A stretch of DNA of 57,669 nucleotides from an uncultured Clostridium sp. (GTDB lineage Bacteria; Bacillota; Clostridia; TANB77; CAG-465). The position numbers and the translations under genes were made by a program. Below, one piece after another: positions 9,100-19,452 of the stretch (the stretch's first letter is position 1; each line of letters begins with the position of its first letter). The stretch lies in the NCBI GenBank assembly GCA_948470565.1, contig CAOKPF010000005.1:1-57669 (forward strand), in the 5' to 3' direction. Below the pieces are notes generated by a model, which was given only the letters and a program-made list of their open reading frames with translations, was not told where the DNA came from and searched no databases.

Positions 9100-9888
9100 A
9101 TGGAATTTAAAGCAAATCCTAACAAAAAGGTTGAAATAGAGGTAAATAATGAAATTTTTTTGAGAAATGCTATTGAAACACATTATATTCAGATTGGTGA
9201 AGATTATATAGAAGTCATAAAAAAATATGTAAGTGATATATATGAAGAAGGGGATATAATTTCTATAAGTGAAAAGATTATAGGATTGTGCCAAAAAAGA
9301 GTAGTCTACAAAAAAGATGTAAAAGTTAGTAAACTTGCTAAGTTTTTGTCAAAATTTGCAATGAAAAGTGATGCTGGTGTAGGAGTAGATAATCCATATA
9401 AAATGCAGTTTGCAATAATGTTAAATGGTAGAATGAAAGTTATATTTGCTGCAATTGCAGGTGGTTTTTGCAAATTATTTGGAAAAAGAGGCGTTTTTTA
9501 TAAAATAGTTGGTCCTGAAATTAGTGGATTAGATGGATTTTATGGAGATGTATTTGAAGATTATGCAGAATTTGGTATAAGAATCCCAGAAAATTCAACT
9601 GGTGTATGTAATGAGATATATGAAAAAACAGGAATAAAGTGTATGATAGTTGATGCTAACGATTTTAATGTAGAAATACTTGGAAAGGCTGATAGTATTG
9701 GTTATTCTGAGGAAGAATTAAAAGGTATGATCAAAGATAATCCAGCAGGTCAAGCAAAAACATTAACTCCATTGATACTTATTAGAAAACAAAAGTTAGG
9801 AGAAGTGGAACATTATCAAGATGTTGTTGATGAGGAAGGACTTGAAGATGATATGCAAGATGATAATGTTGATATTGAAAATAGTTAA
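9100..9888 (+). CDS. F420-0:gamma-glutamyl ligase-like (CofE-fold) protein with an acidic C-terminal tail
   Basis: EGDIISISEKIIGLCQ and MIVDANDFNVEILG resemble CofE/F420-ligase family segments. This is recognition by eye only. Confidence 0.4.
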   Translation: MEFKANPNKKVEIEVNNEIFLRNAIETHYIQIGEDYIEVIKKYVSDIYEEGDIISISEKIIGLCQKRVVYKKDVKVSKLAKFLSKFAMKSDAGVGVDNPYKMQFAIMLNGRMKVIFAAIAGGFCKLFGKRGVFYKIVGPEISGLDGFYGDVFEDYAEFGIRIPENSTGVCNEIYEKTGIKCMIVDANDFNVEILGKADSIGYSEEELKGMIKDNPAGQAKTLTPLILIRKQKLGEVEHYQDVVDEEGLEDDMQDDNVDIENS

Positions 9889-9907
9889 TTATGGATAGGA
9901 GGATATT

Positions 9908-11806
9908 ATGTCAGATGAAGACAACAAAGAGGAAAAGAAAGTAGAAGAAATAGCGAATGAAGAGGAAAAAAAATCTGATGAAAGTATAGAAGAAAATTCT
10001 ACTTTGACAAAAGATAGTGAAGATGACAAAAAAGATGATATAGAAGATACAGAAGGTAAAGAAAGTTCTGAAAATAATGATAAATCTGATAGTTTAGAAA
10101 AAGAGAAAGAAGTTTCTGATACAAATAATGAAGAAAATATAGACAAAAAATTACCTGATGTTACTGAAGAAAAAGAAAAACATAAAAGAAGAGATAGTAT
10201 TGTATATGAAGAATGTAATCAAATTGCAGTAAAGGATAATTCACATAAAAAAAAGAGAGTAATTATATTTATATGTATTGTTGTTTTTTTACTGATAATA
10301 TCTATTCCATGTATTTTTATTATATATAATAAGACTAATGAAAATGTATATAAAAATGTGTATGTATTAGGTGAGAATTTATCTAATAAAACAACAGATG
10401 AATTAGTAGAAATATTAAATAAAAAATCGAATGAATTAGTGGCTAATAGAAGTTTAGATATTTATCAAGATACGGAAAAAATATATCAAATAAAAGCTGA
10501 GGAAATTGGTTTTAAATTAGATGTGGAAAAGACTATACAAAATATAATGAAATTTGCAAGAACTGGAAATGTTATAGAAGATAATATCTTGATATTAAAA
10601 ACATTATTTTCTTCAAAAGAAATATTGCCAGAGTATGAGTACAGTGAAGAAAAATTAAAAGAAGTTGTAAAAAATATTGATCTTAGTATAGATAATAGAT
10701 TTGTAGATGATAGTTATAGTATTGATGAAGAAAAAAAGATATTAATAATTGTAAATGGAACAACAGGTTATACAATAAATTATGATAATGAATGTGAGAG
10801 TATTTATAAAGCTTTTTGCGATAATTCGGGAATGTATTTGTTAAGTTTGATAACTAAAGAACCATCAGAGGTTGGAGTTGATGAAATATATCAGAAAGTA
10901 AAAAAAGAACCAAAAGATGCATATATGGATACAAGTGTAACTCCGAATAAATTTGTTTCAGAAGTTTATGGTGTAGATTTAGATGTTGCAGCACTTAAGG
11001 AGTTTATAAATAATAGTGAAAATCAGGAGGAGGGAAAGACCTTAGAATTTGCACTTACAGTAGTAGAACCAAAAGTGAAACTTACTGATTTGACATATAA
11101 AATGTATAATGATAAACTATCTGGTTGTACAACGTACTTTGATACTGGTTCTGCTGCAAGGGTTAATAATCTTGGAGTTGCTCTTAGATATTTAAATGAA
11201 GTTATAGTTATGCCAGGTGAAATATTTTCATACAATAATGTAATTGGAGAAACTACTTATGCCAAAGGTTATCTTGGTGCCGCTACTTTTAAAGCAGGAA
11301 AAGTTGTAAATGAGCTTGGTGGTGGGATTTGTCAAACAACTTCAACACTTTATGACGCTGCATTAATGGCAAATCTTGAAATTGTCGAAAGACATCAACA
11401 TGGTTTACCTGTTGGATATGTTAGACCTAGTTTAGATGCTACTGTGTATTCACCTGTTCTTGATTTCAAATTTAAAAATAATAGAACTTATCCAATCAAG
11501 ATAGTTACATCATTTAGTCCATCAGGAAGTCTGAATATAAGTATATTTGGAACAAAAGAGGAAAACGATCTTGAAGTAATACTTAGTTCAAAGTATATTT
11601 CTACCATACCTTTTGAAACTCAGTATGTTTATGATCAAAGTTTGCCTAATGGTACTCAAATTGTAGAAACTTCAGGAGTTAATGGTTATGTGTCTGAAGG
11701 ATATATAACCAAAAAACAAAATGGTGTTGTAGTAAGTTCTGAAATGTTATCAAGAGATACATATAAAGCAGTTGCTAAGGTGGTAAGAGTGGGAACTGGT
11801 GGATAA
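9908..11806 (+). CDS. VanW family protein: acidic N-terminal region, one TM segment, VanW domain, C-terminal G5-like domain
   Basis: The VanW signature GGGICQTTSTLYDAALMANLEIVERHQHG is present. The TM segment is VIIFICIVVFLLIISIPCIFIIY. The C-terminal segment TQIVETSGVNGY ... VVRVGT is G5-like. Confidence 0.85.
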   Translation: MSDEDNKEEKKVEEIANEEEKKSDESIEENSTLTKDSEDDKKDDIEDTEGKESSENNDKSDSLEKEKEVSDTNNEENIDKKLPDVTEEKEKHKRRDSIVYEECNQIAVKDNSHKKKRVIIFICIVVFLLIISIPCIFIIYNKTNENVYKNVYVLGENLSNKTTDELVEILNKKSNELVANRSLDIYQDTEKIYQIKAEEIGFKLDVEKTIQNIMKFARTGNVIEDNILILKTLFSSKEILPEYEYSEEKLKEVVKNIDLSIDNRFVDDSYSIDEEKKILIIVNGTTGYTINYDNECESIYKAFCDNSGMYLLSLITKEPSEVGVDEIYQKVKKEPKDAYMDTSVTPNKFVSEVYGVDLDVAALKEFINNSENQEEGKTLEFALTVVEPKVKLTDLTYKMYNDKLSGCTTYFDTGSAARVNNLGVALRYLNEVIVMPGEIFSYNNVIGETTYAKGYLGAATFKAGKVVNELGGGICQTTSTLYDAALMANLEIVERHQHGLPVGYVRPSLDATVYSPVLDFKFKNNRTYPIKIVTSFSPSGSLNISIFGTKEENDLEVILSSKYISTIPFETQYVYDQSLPNGTQIVETSGVNGYVSEGYITKKQNGVVVSSEMLSRDTYKAVAKVVRVGTGG

Positions 11807-12142
11807 TTTTATAATTTAATTATTTAGATGTATAGGCTTGAGTTCTATGCATCTTTTTTAATTTAGTTTTTTGTTAATATTTAGCATTAAAATATAGCTT
11901 TTATGTAAAAAGTATTTTCAAGATGAAATTTATAGTAAAAAAGTTTAATACATAATATATTCTAAATTTTAAAAATTATTTAAATATTGAAAAGATTTAT
12001 AAAATACAGAATTTATAAATAATTTATTTTTACAAAATAGATTGAATTGTACATTTTTAATACCCTCAAAGTGTATTAGGAATAATATAATTTAACAGTA
12101 AAAACTTTTTTATAGAAAAAATAATAAAAATTATATTTTTAC

Positions 12143-12171
12143 TTGACATAATATGTAAAGTGCTGTACAAT
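12143..12171 (+). promoter_or_regulatory. Near-consensus promoter of a small orphan transcription unit
   Basis: TTGACA (12143-12148), 17-nt spacer, TACAAT (12166-12171). Confidence 0.55.
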
Positions 12172-12222
12172 ATAATTAATAAGAAGTATTAATCTCAAAA
12201 AAATTTTTAGGAGGATTTTATT

Positions 12223-12374
12223 ATGAAGAATATTAACGAAAAAAATGTTGAAGAATTGGCGAAAATTTGACAGTAGAGTTTCATTTGTCGCATTATGGGT
12301 ATGTGGACCCGTCAGCATTTGAAGCAGATTTTCTTGCTTACTTGCCAGTAGCAACGAAAGTATTAAATAAGTAA
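12223..12374 (+). other. Small coding unit split over two frames: a 15-codon ORF (MKNINEKNVEELAKI) whose TGA overlaps a TTG that opens a 35-codon frame (LTVEFHLSHYGYVDPSAFEADFLAYLPVATKVLNK)
   Basis: An AGGAGG RBS sits 7 nt before ATG 12223. The TTGA overlap is at 12267-12270. A hairpin plus T-run follows downstream at about 12409-12447. My plus-strand reading was cross-checked against the antisense track ORF translation. Confidence 0.35.
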
Positions 12375-12525
12375 ATTATTTAATAAGTAAACTGTTTCAA
12401 AAGAAAAATAGTATGGATATATAGTTATATCCATGCTTTATTTTTTTAGTCTTGTAAGTTTATTTTCTTAAAAATTATGTAATATTTAGTTGTAGCAAAA
12501 TTCAGAAAAAAATTTAATTTTCGTA

Positions 12526-12554
12526 TTGAATTAAAATAGAAACTATGTTATAAT
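12526..12554 (+). promoter_or_regulatory. rpsB promoter, followed by a 5' leader of about 110 nt
   Basis: TTGAAT, 17-nt spacer, extended -10 TGtTATAAT. Confidence 0.5.
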
Positions 12555-12666
12555 ATAGTAGTTCATATAGAACAATAACACACATGAATGTAGCTTTACT
12601 CTCCTTCCGATGTGGACGTGGTAAAGTGTAGATATTCGTGGAGGTATAAAAAAGGAGGAATTTTTA

Positions 12667-13506
12667 ATGGCAATTATACCTATGAAATCATTATTAGAAG
12701 CAGGTGTTCATTTTGGACATCAAACAAAAAGATGGGATCCAAGAATGGCTCCATACATTTTTACAGCAAGAAATGGTATATATATACTAGACTTGCAAAA
12801 AACTTTAAAGAAAGTTCAAGAAGCATATAACTTAACAAAGAAAGTTGTTGCAGATGGTGGAACAGTTTTATTTGTTGGAACAAAAAAACAAATCCAAGAA
12901 ACTATAAAAACAGAAGCACAAAGATGCGAAATGTATTATATTAATAGTAGATGGCTTGGTGGAACTTTAACTAACTTTAAAACTATTCAAACTAGAATTC
13001 AAAGACTTATAGAGCTTGAAAAAATGGAACAAGATGGTACATTTGATGTTTTACCTAAAAAAGAAGTTATTGGTTTAAGAAAAGAAATGCAAATTTTGGA
13101 AACTAATCTTGGAGGAATAAAGACTATGGATAAACTTCCATCACTTATATTCTTGGCTGATTCTAAAAAAGAATATATTTGTACAAAGGAAGCTAAAAAA
13201 TTAGGAATACCAGTAATTGGACTTATTGATTCTAATTGTAATCCTGAAGATGTTGACTATGTAATTCCTGGAAATGATGATGCTGTAAGATCTGTAAGCT
13301 TAATTGCAGGAAAAATAGCAGATGCTATATTAGAAGCAAAAGAAGGTAACTTAACTGAAGTTGTTGACGATGATATAGAAACAATGGAAGAATTGGTACA
13401 AAAAGAAGGCGTTGACAAGATAGAGAGAAAACCAAGACAAAATAACAGACAAAAAAATAATTATAAAAAAGACAAAAATGAAGCTACTGAAAAAGTAGAA
13501 GAATAA
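12667..13506 (+). CDS. rpsB: 30S ribosomal protein S2 with a basic/acidic C-terminal extension
   Basis: [17 protein letters not shown] plus the general S2 sequence. AGGAGG RBS. Confidence 0.97.
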   Translation: MAIIPMKSLLEAGVHFGHQTKRWDPRMAPYIFTARNGIYILDLQKTLKKVQEAYNLTKKVVADGGTVLFVGTKKQIQETIKTEAQRCEMYYINSRWLGGTLTNFKTIQTRIQRLIELEKMEQDGTFDVLPKKEVIGLRKEMQILETNLGGIKTMDKLPSLIFLADSKKEYICTKEAKKLGIPVIGLIDSNCNPEDVDYVIPGNDDAVRSVSLIAGKIADAILEAKEGNLTEVVDDDIETMEELVQKEGVDKIERKPRQNNRQKNNYKKDKNEATEKVEE

Positions 13507-13549
13507 TTTGTAATTAGTTATATAAATATAAAAATAAGGAGGAAATTAC

Positions 13550-14197
13550 ATGGCAGTAACAGCAGAATTAGTAAAAGAGTTAAGAGATAGAACTAATGCA
13601 GGAATAATGGACTGCAAAAAAGTTTTAGTTGAAACTGATGGAAATATGGAAAAAGCAATTGAACTTTTAAGAGAAAGAGGAATTGCTAAAGCAGCAAAAA
13701 AAGCTGGTAGAACAGCAGCAGAAGGACTTGTTGAGGCGTATATTCATAATGGTAAATATGGTGCTTTAGTAGAAGTAAATTCTGAAACAGATTTTGTATC
13801 TGGAAATGATGAATTTAAAACTTTTGTAAAGGATATTGCAATGCATATAGCAGCTTCAGCTCCAAAATATATTACACGTGAAGAAGTTCCAGCAGATGTA
13901 GTAAATGCAGAAAGAGAAACTTTAAAAGCACAGGCACTAAATGAAGGAAAACCAGAAGCAGTTGTAGAAAAAATGGTAGAGGGTAGAATAAATAAATTTT
14001 ATTCTGAAATTTGTTTATTAGATCAACCTTTTGTAAAAGATCCTGATATAACTGTTGGTGAGCTTTTAACAAATTTAATAGCAAAAATTGGTGAAAATAT
14101 AGTTATAAGAAGATTTGCTAGATTTGAAAGAGGAGAAGGAATTGAAAAAGAAGAAGTAAATTTTGCAGAAGAAGTTATGAAACAAGTAAATGGCTAA
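13550..14197 (+). CDS. tsf: Translation elongation factor Ts (short form)
   Basis: [19 protein letters not shown], a UBA-like N-terminus, and the canonical position after rpsB. Confidence 0.95.
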   Translation: MAVTAELVKELRDRTNAGIMDCKKVLVETDGNMEKAIELLRERGIAKAAKKAGRTAAEGLVEAYIHNGKYGALVEVNSETDFVSGNDEFKTFVKDIAMHIAASAPKYITREEVPADVVNAERETLKAQALNEGKPEAVVEKMVEGRINKFYSEICLLDQPFVKDPDITVGELLTNLIAKIGENIVIRRFARFERGEGIEKEEVNFAEEVMKQVNG

Positions 14198-14355
14198 TAA
14201 GTATAATCTATTTCTTTGATAATATATTGAGATGAAAAGTATGTTTAAGTTTTTTAGACATACTTTTTTTGTAATTTGTCGATTTTTAGCTAAAGCAAAA
14301 AAAACATGAAAAATTGTTGCAAAATGCATCAGAATATAGTAATATATATTAAGGA

Positions 14356-14935
14356 GTGAATGCAATGAAAAATAAAGCAGGAGGGAAAAAAGAAAAGAAA
14401 GGGTTAAAAGAATATATAAAAGGAATTATAAATAATTGGTATCCTACTTATATATATGACAAAGTAGAACATATACCTTACGATTTGATAAAAGATAATA
14501 ATATAAAACTAATATTATTTGATATGGACAATACATTAGTTGATTATAATCATAAATATACAAAAGAACTAAAAAAATGGGTAAAGGGAATAAAGGCTCA
14601 AGGAGTTAAATTATATATATTTAGTAATTCTATGATGGAAGATGTCGTAAAAAAGATAGCATTAGAGCTTGGTATGCAGTATGAATATAATGTTTCAAAG
14701 CCTAGACTTAAAGGATATTATAAAGTATTAAGAGAAACTGATATTCCCAGAGAAAATATTTTGATGATAGGTGATCAAATATTTACAGATATTTGGGGGC
14801 GGAAATAGATTTGGAATAAAGACAATTTTAGTTACACCAATAGAGAATAATGAATTTGTTTTTACACAAGTAAAAAGACCATTAGAAAAATTAGTATTAA
14901 AAAGTTATAGTAAGAAGAAAGGAGGAAAGATATAG
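14356..14935 (+). pseudogene. yqeG: YqeG-family HAD phosphatase disrupted by a 1-nt frameshift in a G5 run (14795-14799)
   Basis: Frame 1 ends at ...GDQIFTDIWGRK*. The next frame continues GNRFGIKTILVTPIENNEF...KKGGKI*. Together these reproduce the conserved GDQxxTDxxGGNRxG segment of B. subtilis YqeG. Confidence 0.8.
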
Positions 14936-15687
14936 TGATAAATATTGTTACATATGTTATTACAAGTATTATTGCTTGTATATTTGGACAAGTAGTATCA
15001 CACTTGAATAAAAAATTACCACCAGTAGTTTCAGAAGAAATAACGTATAAAGAATTTTTTGAAAGTTTAAGTAGGGATTTTAAAATTGATATAAAATATA
15101 GTTTAGGATTTTTGATTTTGTTTAATTTATTTATATATTTTATTGGAAATAATGTTAATTCATATTTGTATATGATAATTTCATTTTCACTTGCAATAGT
15201 ATTTTACATAGATTTTAAATATGAACTTATTCCAGATGAATGTCATGCTATAATACTTGTTGCAGGTATTATAAATTTCATTATAAATATATTACATTGG
15301 TGGAATTATTTACTTGGTGCAGTAATTGGTGCAGGTATATTTTGGTTGCTTGGAAAGCTTGCATTACTTATATTTAAAAAAGATGGAATGGGATTTGGTG
15401 ATGTAAAGCTTATGGGAGCTTTAGGTTTTTTCTTTGGTATTAAGTATACTTTAATTATTACACTTATTTCTTTTTTCTTAGGGGCCATTGTTGGTGGAGT
15501 GCTTTTAATATTAAAAAAGAAAGGGGCAGATAGCTATATACCATTTGGACCATTTATAGTTATAGCAACAGTTATACTTATGTTTATTAATGCTGATGAT
15601 ATAATATATTTATATATTGCTTTTTGTTCGATGCTTGGAGAGAAAATATCAGATTTAATATTTTTAGTGCTTAATAAAAATAGTTAA
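14935..15687 (+). CDS. Prepilin (type IV leader) peptidase, A24 family
   Basis: Polytopic membrane protein with GMGFGDVKLMGALGFFFG and a second Asp region. The GTG start overlaps the yqeG stop (TAGTG). Confidence 0.85.
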   Translation: MINIVTYVITSIIACIFGQVVSHLNKKLPPVVSEEITYKEFFESLSRDFKIDIKYSLGFLILFNLFIYFIGNNVNSYLYMIISFSLAIVFYIDFKYELIPDECHAIILVAGIINFIINILHWWNYLLGAVIGAGIFWLLGKLALLIFKKDGMGFGDVKLMGALGFFFGIKYTLIITLISFFLGAIVGGVLLILKKKGADSYIPFGPFIVIATVILMFINADDIIYLYIAFCSMLGEKISDLIFLVLNKNS

Positions 15688-15702
15688 AAAGGAGGAATTA
15701 AT

Positions 15703-16371
15703 TTGAAAATAACTAAATATAATCAATCATGTCTTTTAATAGAAACTAATAAACAAAGAATATTGGTAGATCCAGGTGAATTTGGATATACAGATGAGAT
15801 GTATGAAAAGGAATGGGTAAATATAAATTGTATTTTAGTAACACATAAGCATTCAGATCACTGTATAGCAGAAGTTATAAATAAAATAGTTGCAAGAGAT
15901 CAGGCAAAACTTTATACGTCTTATGAAGTGATTGAAGCACAACCATTATATGGTGCAAATATTGTAAAGGCGGGAGATACTATTGATCTAGGTAATATAA
16001 CAGTAGGGGTTACAAAGGCTGTTCATGGCTATTTGCCATATATGGGAAAAGCTAATGAAGTTAAAGAAAATATAGGATATATTATTGATGATGGTGTAAA
16101 AAAAGTTTATATAACAAGTGATACAATTTGTTTTAGAAATACTTATAAATGTGATGTAATTTGTATGCCATTTAATGGTAATGGACTGACTACTGGAATT
16201 TATGATGGTATATTATTCGCAAAGGAAACAGAAGCAAAATTAGTATTACCAATACATAGGCAACATCCAAAAGATTTTATGAATCCAGATATAAAATTAT
16301 TGGAAGAAAAATTACAAGAAAATGGAATGAATTACAAGATTTTAGAAATAGGAGAATGTATTGAAGTATAG
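15703..16371 (+). CDS. MBL-fold metallo-hydrolase
   Basis: HKHSDH metal-binding motif. TTG start 8 nt after AGGAGG. Confidence 0.7.
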   Translation: MKITKYNQSCLLIETNKQRILVDPGEFGYTDEMYEKEWVNINCILVTHKHSDHCIAEVINKIVARDQAKLYTSYEVIEAQPLYGANIVKAGDTIDLGNITVGVTKAVHGYLPYMGKANEVKENIGYIIDDGVKKVYITSDTICFRNTYKCDVICMPFNGNGLTTGIYDGILFAKETEAKLVLPIHRQHPKDFMNPDIKLLEEKLQENGMNYKILEIGECIEV

Positions 16372-16380
16372 GAGGTTATT

Positions 16381-16899
16381 ATGACAAAAAAGACTACATT
16401 TATATTATTAATTACAATATTTATATTTTGTATAATTGTTGGGACATTCTTTTTAGTTGATTTGAATTTAGCACTTGAGGGCAATGAACCTAAATTTTGT
16501 ATAAAAAAAGAGGAACATAATGATAAAGCTATAGAGTATACAGGATTTTTTTATAAAATTATAAAATACTATAATGGTAATAATTTTGAAGTAAAATATG
16601 GTAGTATGTCACTAAAATATAATGAAGAATATAGTAATAAACTAAATAATATTGATATTAGTGGCGTAATAGAGAGTATTACAACTACTGAAAAAGGAGC
16701 ATATCAGTTATATATTACATCTAGTAGTAATAAAGCATATGTTACATATAATAGTTCAACTACTGTTATAAAAAATGGTGAGAAATGCTCAATAGATGAA
16801 TTAAAAAAAAGTGTAAAAATTGAAGTAAAGTTTAAAGAGTATAGTTCTAAGGATTATCCTATACATGGTGTAGCAGAATGTATATACATGATTGATTAA
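16381..16899 (+). CDS. Hypothetical signal-anchored protein
   Basis: N-terminal hydrophobic segment and an AGGAGG RBS. No motif recognised. Confidence 0.5.
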   Translation: MTKKTTFILLITIFIFCIIVGTFFLVDLNLALEGNEPKFCIKKEEHNDKAIEYTGFFYKIIKYYNGNNFEVKYGSMSLKYNEEYSNKLNNIDISGVIESITTTEKGAYQLYITSSSNKAYVTYNSSTTVIKNGEKCSIDELKKSVKIEVKFKEYSSKDYPIHGVAECIYMID

Positions 16900-16915
16900 A
16901 ATAAAAAATATATAA

Positions 16916-16955
16916 ACAATTTCCTTGATATAGTACGACAAGGAAATTGTTTATT
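16916..16955. terminator. Bidirectional terminator between convergent genes
   Basis: Perfect 12-bp stem ACAATTTCCTTG / CAAGGAAATTGT with flanking A and T runs. Confidence 0.75.
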
Positions 16956-16975
16956 ATTATGTTTTATATTTTTTA

Positions 16976-17629
16976 TTAAATATATTTTTTTATTATATCA
17001 TATAGTTTGTAGCTATGTATAATATAACTTCCATGGTTTTCATTTGGTATAATCTCTAAAGTACTATTTATGATATGATCTGCAATTAGTTTTGTATGCT
17101 TATATTTTATAACATCTTTTTCTCCAGCTAGTATATGTGTTGGAATTGTAATTTTTTCTAATTCTTCTGGTTGGATATTTGGTTCTTTAATCATGAGTTT
17201 GAATAATTTGTTTCTGGTGATGAAATAAATTATTTTTGACATAATTAGCATAAAGTTGGACATACCTTTTGGATTTAAATTTGCTCCACTTATTATTAAT
17301 TTTGATAATAAATTTGGTTCCTTAATTGCTATAAGTAGTCCAATTATACCACCATCACTAAAACCATATAATATTGGTTTTTCAATATCTAATTTTTTTA
17401 TAAAGTCCATAATATCGTCTGCCATCAAGTCATAAGATATTGCTTTGGGATTTTCACTTTTTCCATGACATCTACTATCTATTGCATATACTTTATAGTC
17501 ATGTGATAATTTTTCTATTAGCTTATCAAATATATCAAGACTTTCGCTATTGCCATGTAAAAGTAGAATTGGTGTTCCATTTCCATATATTTCATAATTT
17601 AAATTAATATTATTTACATTTATTAGCAT
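16976..17629 (-). CDS. Alpha/beta hydrolase
   Basis: LLLHG oxyanion region and a GFSDGG nucleophile elbow. The start was moved to the internal ATG 17629, which is preceded by GGAGAGAG. Confidence 0.75.
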   Translation of the reverse strand: MLINVNNINLNYEIYGNGTPILLLHGNSESLDIFDKLIEKLSHDYKVYAIDSRCHGKSENPKAISYDLMADDIMDFIKKLDIEKPILYGFSDGGIIGLLIAIKEPNLLSKLIISGANLNPKGMSNFMLIMSKIIYFITRNKLFKLMIKEPNIQPEELEKITIPTHILAGEKDVIKYKHTKLIADHIINSTLEIIPNENHGSYIIHSYKLYDIIKKYI

Positions 17630-17642
17630 ATTTCTCTCTCCT

Positions 17643-18863
17643 TTATAATTTATTAGTATAATCACTATTTTGACAAGAATTAGCAATTATGCTATGTATA
17701 TTAGAAGCTTTTATATCAAGTAATATATTATTTCTGTTAATTTCATCTAAATTTTGTATAACAGTATCATTTATTGAGCAAAGTAAATTTACATCTGAAT
17801 TTTTGGATATTTCAGACAGTAATTTATGTCCGTTATTGCCAATAGCTAATACATGAGCATAATTTAAGCCATTATATGAAATATTAAAATCTTCCTTTGT
17901 TATATCAAGTAATATATTTAGTAATATCCTTTTTATTTTAGTTTCAGTATATCTTTTGGATTTAATGTTTTTAACTAACTCATCATATGACTTAGATATT
18001 ATACTAGAACTTAATATTTTATTTTCCAATCCTTCAGTTACTTCAAAAATTTCACTTAAGTTTTTAGTTGACATTATACTGATTTTGTATTTTATAATTT
18101 TAAATAGTTCTTCATTATTACATAATTTACTTGATGTAAGTAATTTATAGCAGTCTTTTGGTACATAGCTTGATATTTTATTTAATTCACCTGTTTTTAG
18201 CATATTTCGTATAGCTGTTGCAGATGTAATATTAGAACAAGAGTTGTTATCACATATATTATTATGAGTATTATCTCTATATATTGAAAATGGCTCTATA
18301 TTGCTATTTAGTCTTAATAACGCTTGTATATATTCTATTCCTAATATGTTATTAGGTTTAGAAATTATATCTATGTAATTCTTAATTTCTACTTTATTAG
18401 TCACTTCCTTTTCAAGTAATTTCTTTATTGCAATTTCACGAGATTTTGCAAATGATAAATTACTGTTGTTACTTTTAATATATTCATATATTTTATCATT
18501 ATTATTAAGTATAAACTTTGATATATATTTTAATTTATTAATGTCATGTTCTTCACTGCCAAAACATAAATAGTCTACAATTTTTAGCTTATTAAGTAGA
18601 GATATTGCAGAACTTGCAAAGTATTTTGCACTAGAACTTGCAAAGATAGTGGGTAATTCTATAACTAAATCAATACCATGGTTTATTGCAATTTTTGATC
18701 TTTCAAATTTATTTAGTATACTAATATTGCCATTTTGAGTGAAATTTCCAGACATTATTAATATAGTATATTCAGATTTTGTAATTTCCTTTGACTTATT
18801 AATATGGTAAATATGTCCATTATGAAATGGATTATACTCGCCAATTATTCCTAGAACTTTCAA
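17643..18863 (-). CDS. tmcAL: tRNA(Met) cytidine acetate ligase (TmcAL / YlbM family nucleotidyltransferase)
   Basis: N-terminus MKVLGIIGEYNPFHNGHIYHI, typical of this family, and about 400 aa long. Confidence 0.8.
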   Translation of the reverse strand: MKVLGIIGEYNPFHNGHIYHINKSKEITKSEYTILIMSGNFTQNGNISILNKFERSKIAINHGIDLVIELPTIFASSSAKYFASSAISLLNKLKIVDYLCFGSEEHDINKLKYISKFILNNNDKIYEYIKSNNSNLSFAKSREIAIKKLLEKEVTNKVEIKNYIDIISKPNNILGIEYIQALLRLNSNIEPFSIYRDNTHNNICDNNSCSNITSATAIRNMLKTGELNKISSYVPKDCYKLLTSSKLCNNEELFKIIKYKISIMSTKNLSEIFEVTEGLENKILSSSIISKSYDELVKNIKSKRYTETKIKRILLNILLDITKEDFNISYNGLNYAHVLAIGNNGHKLLSEISKNSDVNLLCSINDTVIQNLDEINRNNILLDIKASNIHSIIANSCQNSDYTNKL

Positions 18864-18947
18864 ATTAATATCACTTCCTTGAATTTTTTATTATTTTATG
18901 GTAATATATTAGCATAAAAAACAATTAAATTCAATAGGAGGATACTA

Positions 18948-19394
18948 GTGGAAAGAAAGAAGGTAATATTATACACAGATGGTGCATGTAGTGGTAATCC
19001 AGGTCCTGGAGGATATGGAGCTATTTTGATATATAAAGGTATAGAAAAAGAAATATCTGATTATGAAGTAAGTACTACAAATAACAAAATGGAAATGATG
19101 GCAGTTATAAAAGGGCTAGAATTATTAAAAGAACCTTGTGATGTTACAGTGTATAGTGATAGTGCTTATGTAGTAAATAGTGTACAAAAAGGTTGGATAA
19201 AATCTTGGAAGGCTAAAAATTGGAAAAAGGCAGATGGGAAACAAGTTAAAAATATAGATTTATGGGAAAAAATGCTTGAATTACTTGATATTCATAATGT
19301 TAAATTCGAAAAAGTAAAAGGGCATAGTGATAATGAATATAACAATAGATGTGATAGGCTTGCAGTAGAAGCAAGAGAAAAAGTTGCAATATAA
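18948..19394 (+). CDS. rnhA: Ribonuclease HI
   Basis: ILYTDGACSGNPGPGGYG, NNKMEMMAV, VYSDSAYV and GHSDNEYNNRCDRLA. GTG start after AGGAGG. Confidence 0.9.
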   Translation: MERKKVILYTDGACSGNPGPGGYGAILIYKGIEKEISDYEVSTTNNKMEMMAVIKGLELLKEPCDVTVYSDSAYVVNSVQKGWIKSWKAKNWKKADGKQVKNIDLWEKMLELLDIHNVKFEKVKGHSDNEYNNRCDRLAVEAREKVAI

Positions 19395-19452
19395 CCTATA
19401 AAAATAAATCATAAAAAAACTTAATATACATACAATGTTGTATGGTGATTAT

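Noticed and set aside
12139-12354. 71-aa minus-strand ORF in the rpsB upstream gap.
   Set aside because: It has a TTG start without an RBS and runs antisense through a plus-strand promoter, RBS and terminator unit. I used it only to verify my reading of the sequence.
12612-12830. 72-aa ORF overlapping the start of rpsB.
   Set aside because: It is out of frame with the unmistakable S2 coding sequence and lies in its leader, so the overlap is a chance open frame.
14075-14365. 96-aa minus-strand ORF across the tsf 3' end and intergenic region.
   Set aside because: It overlaps tsf and its terminator in antisense and has no translation signals.
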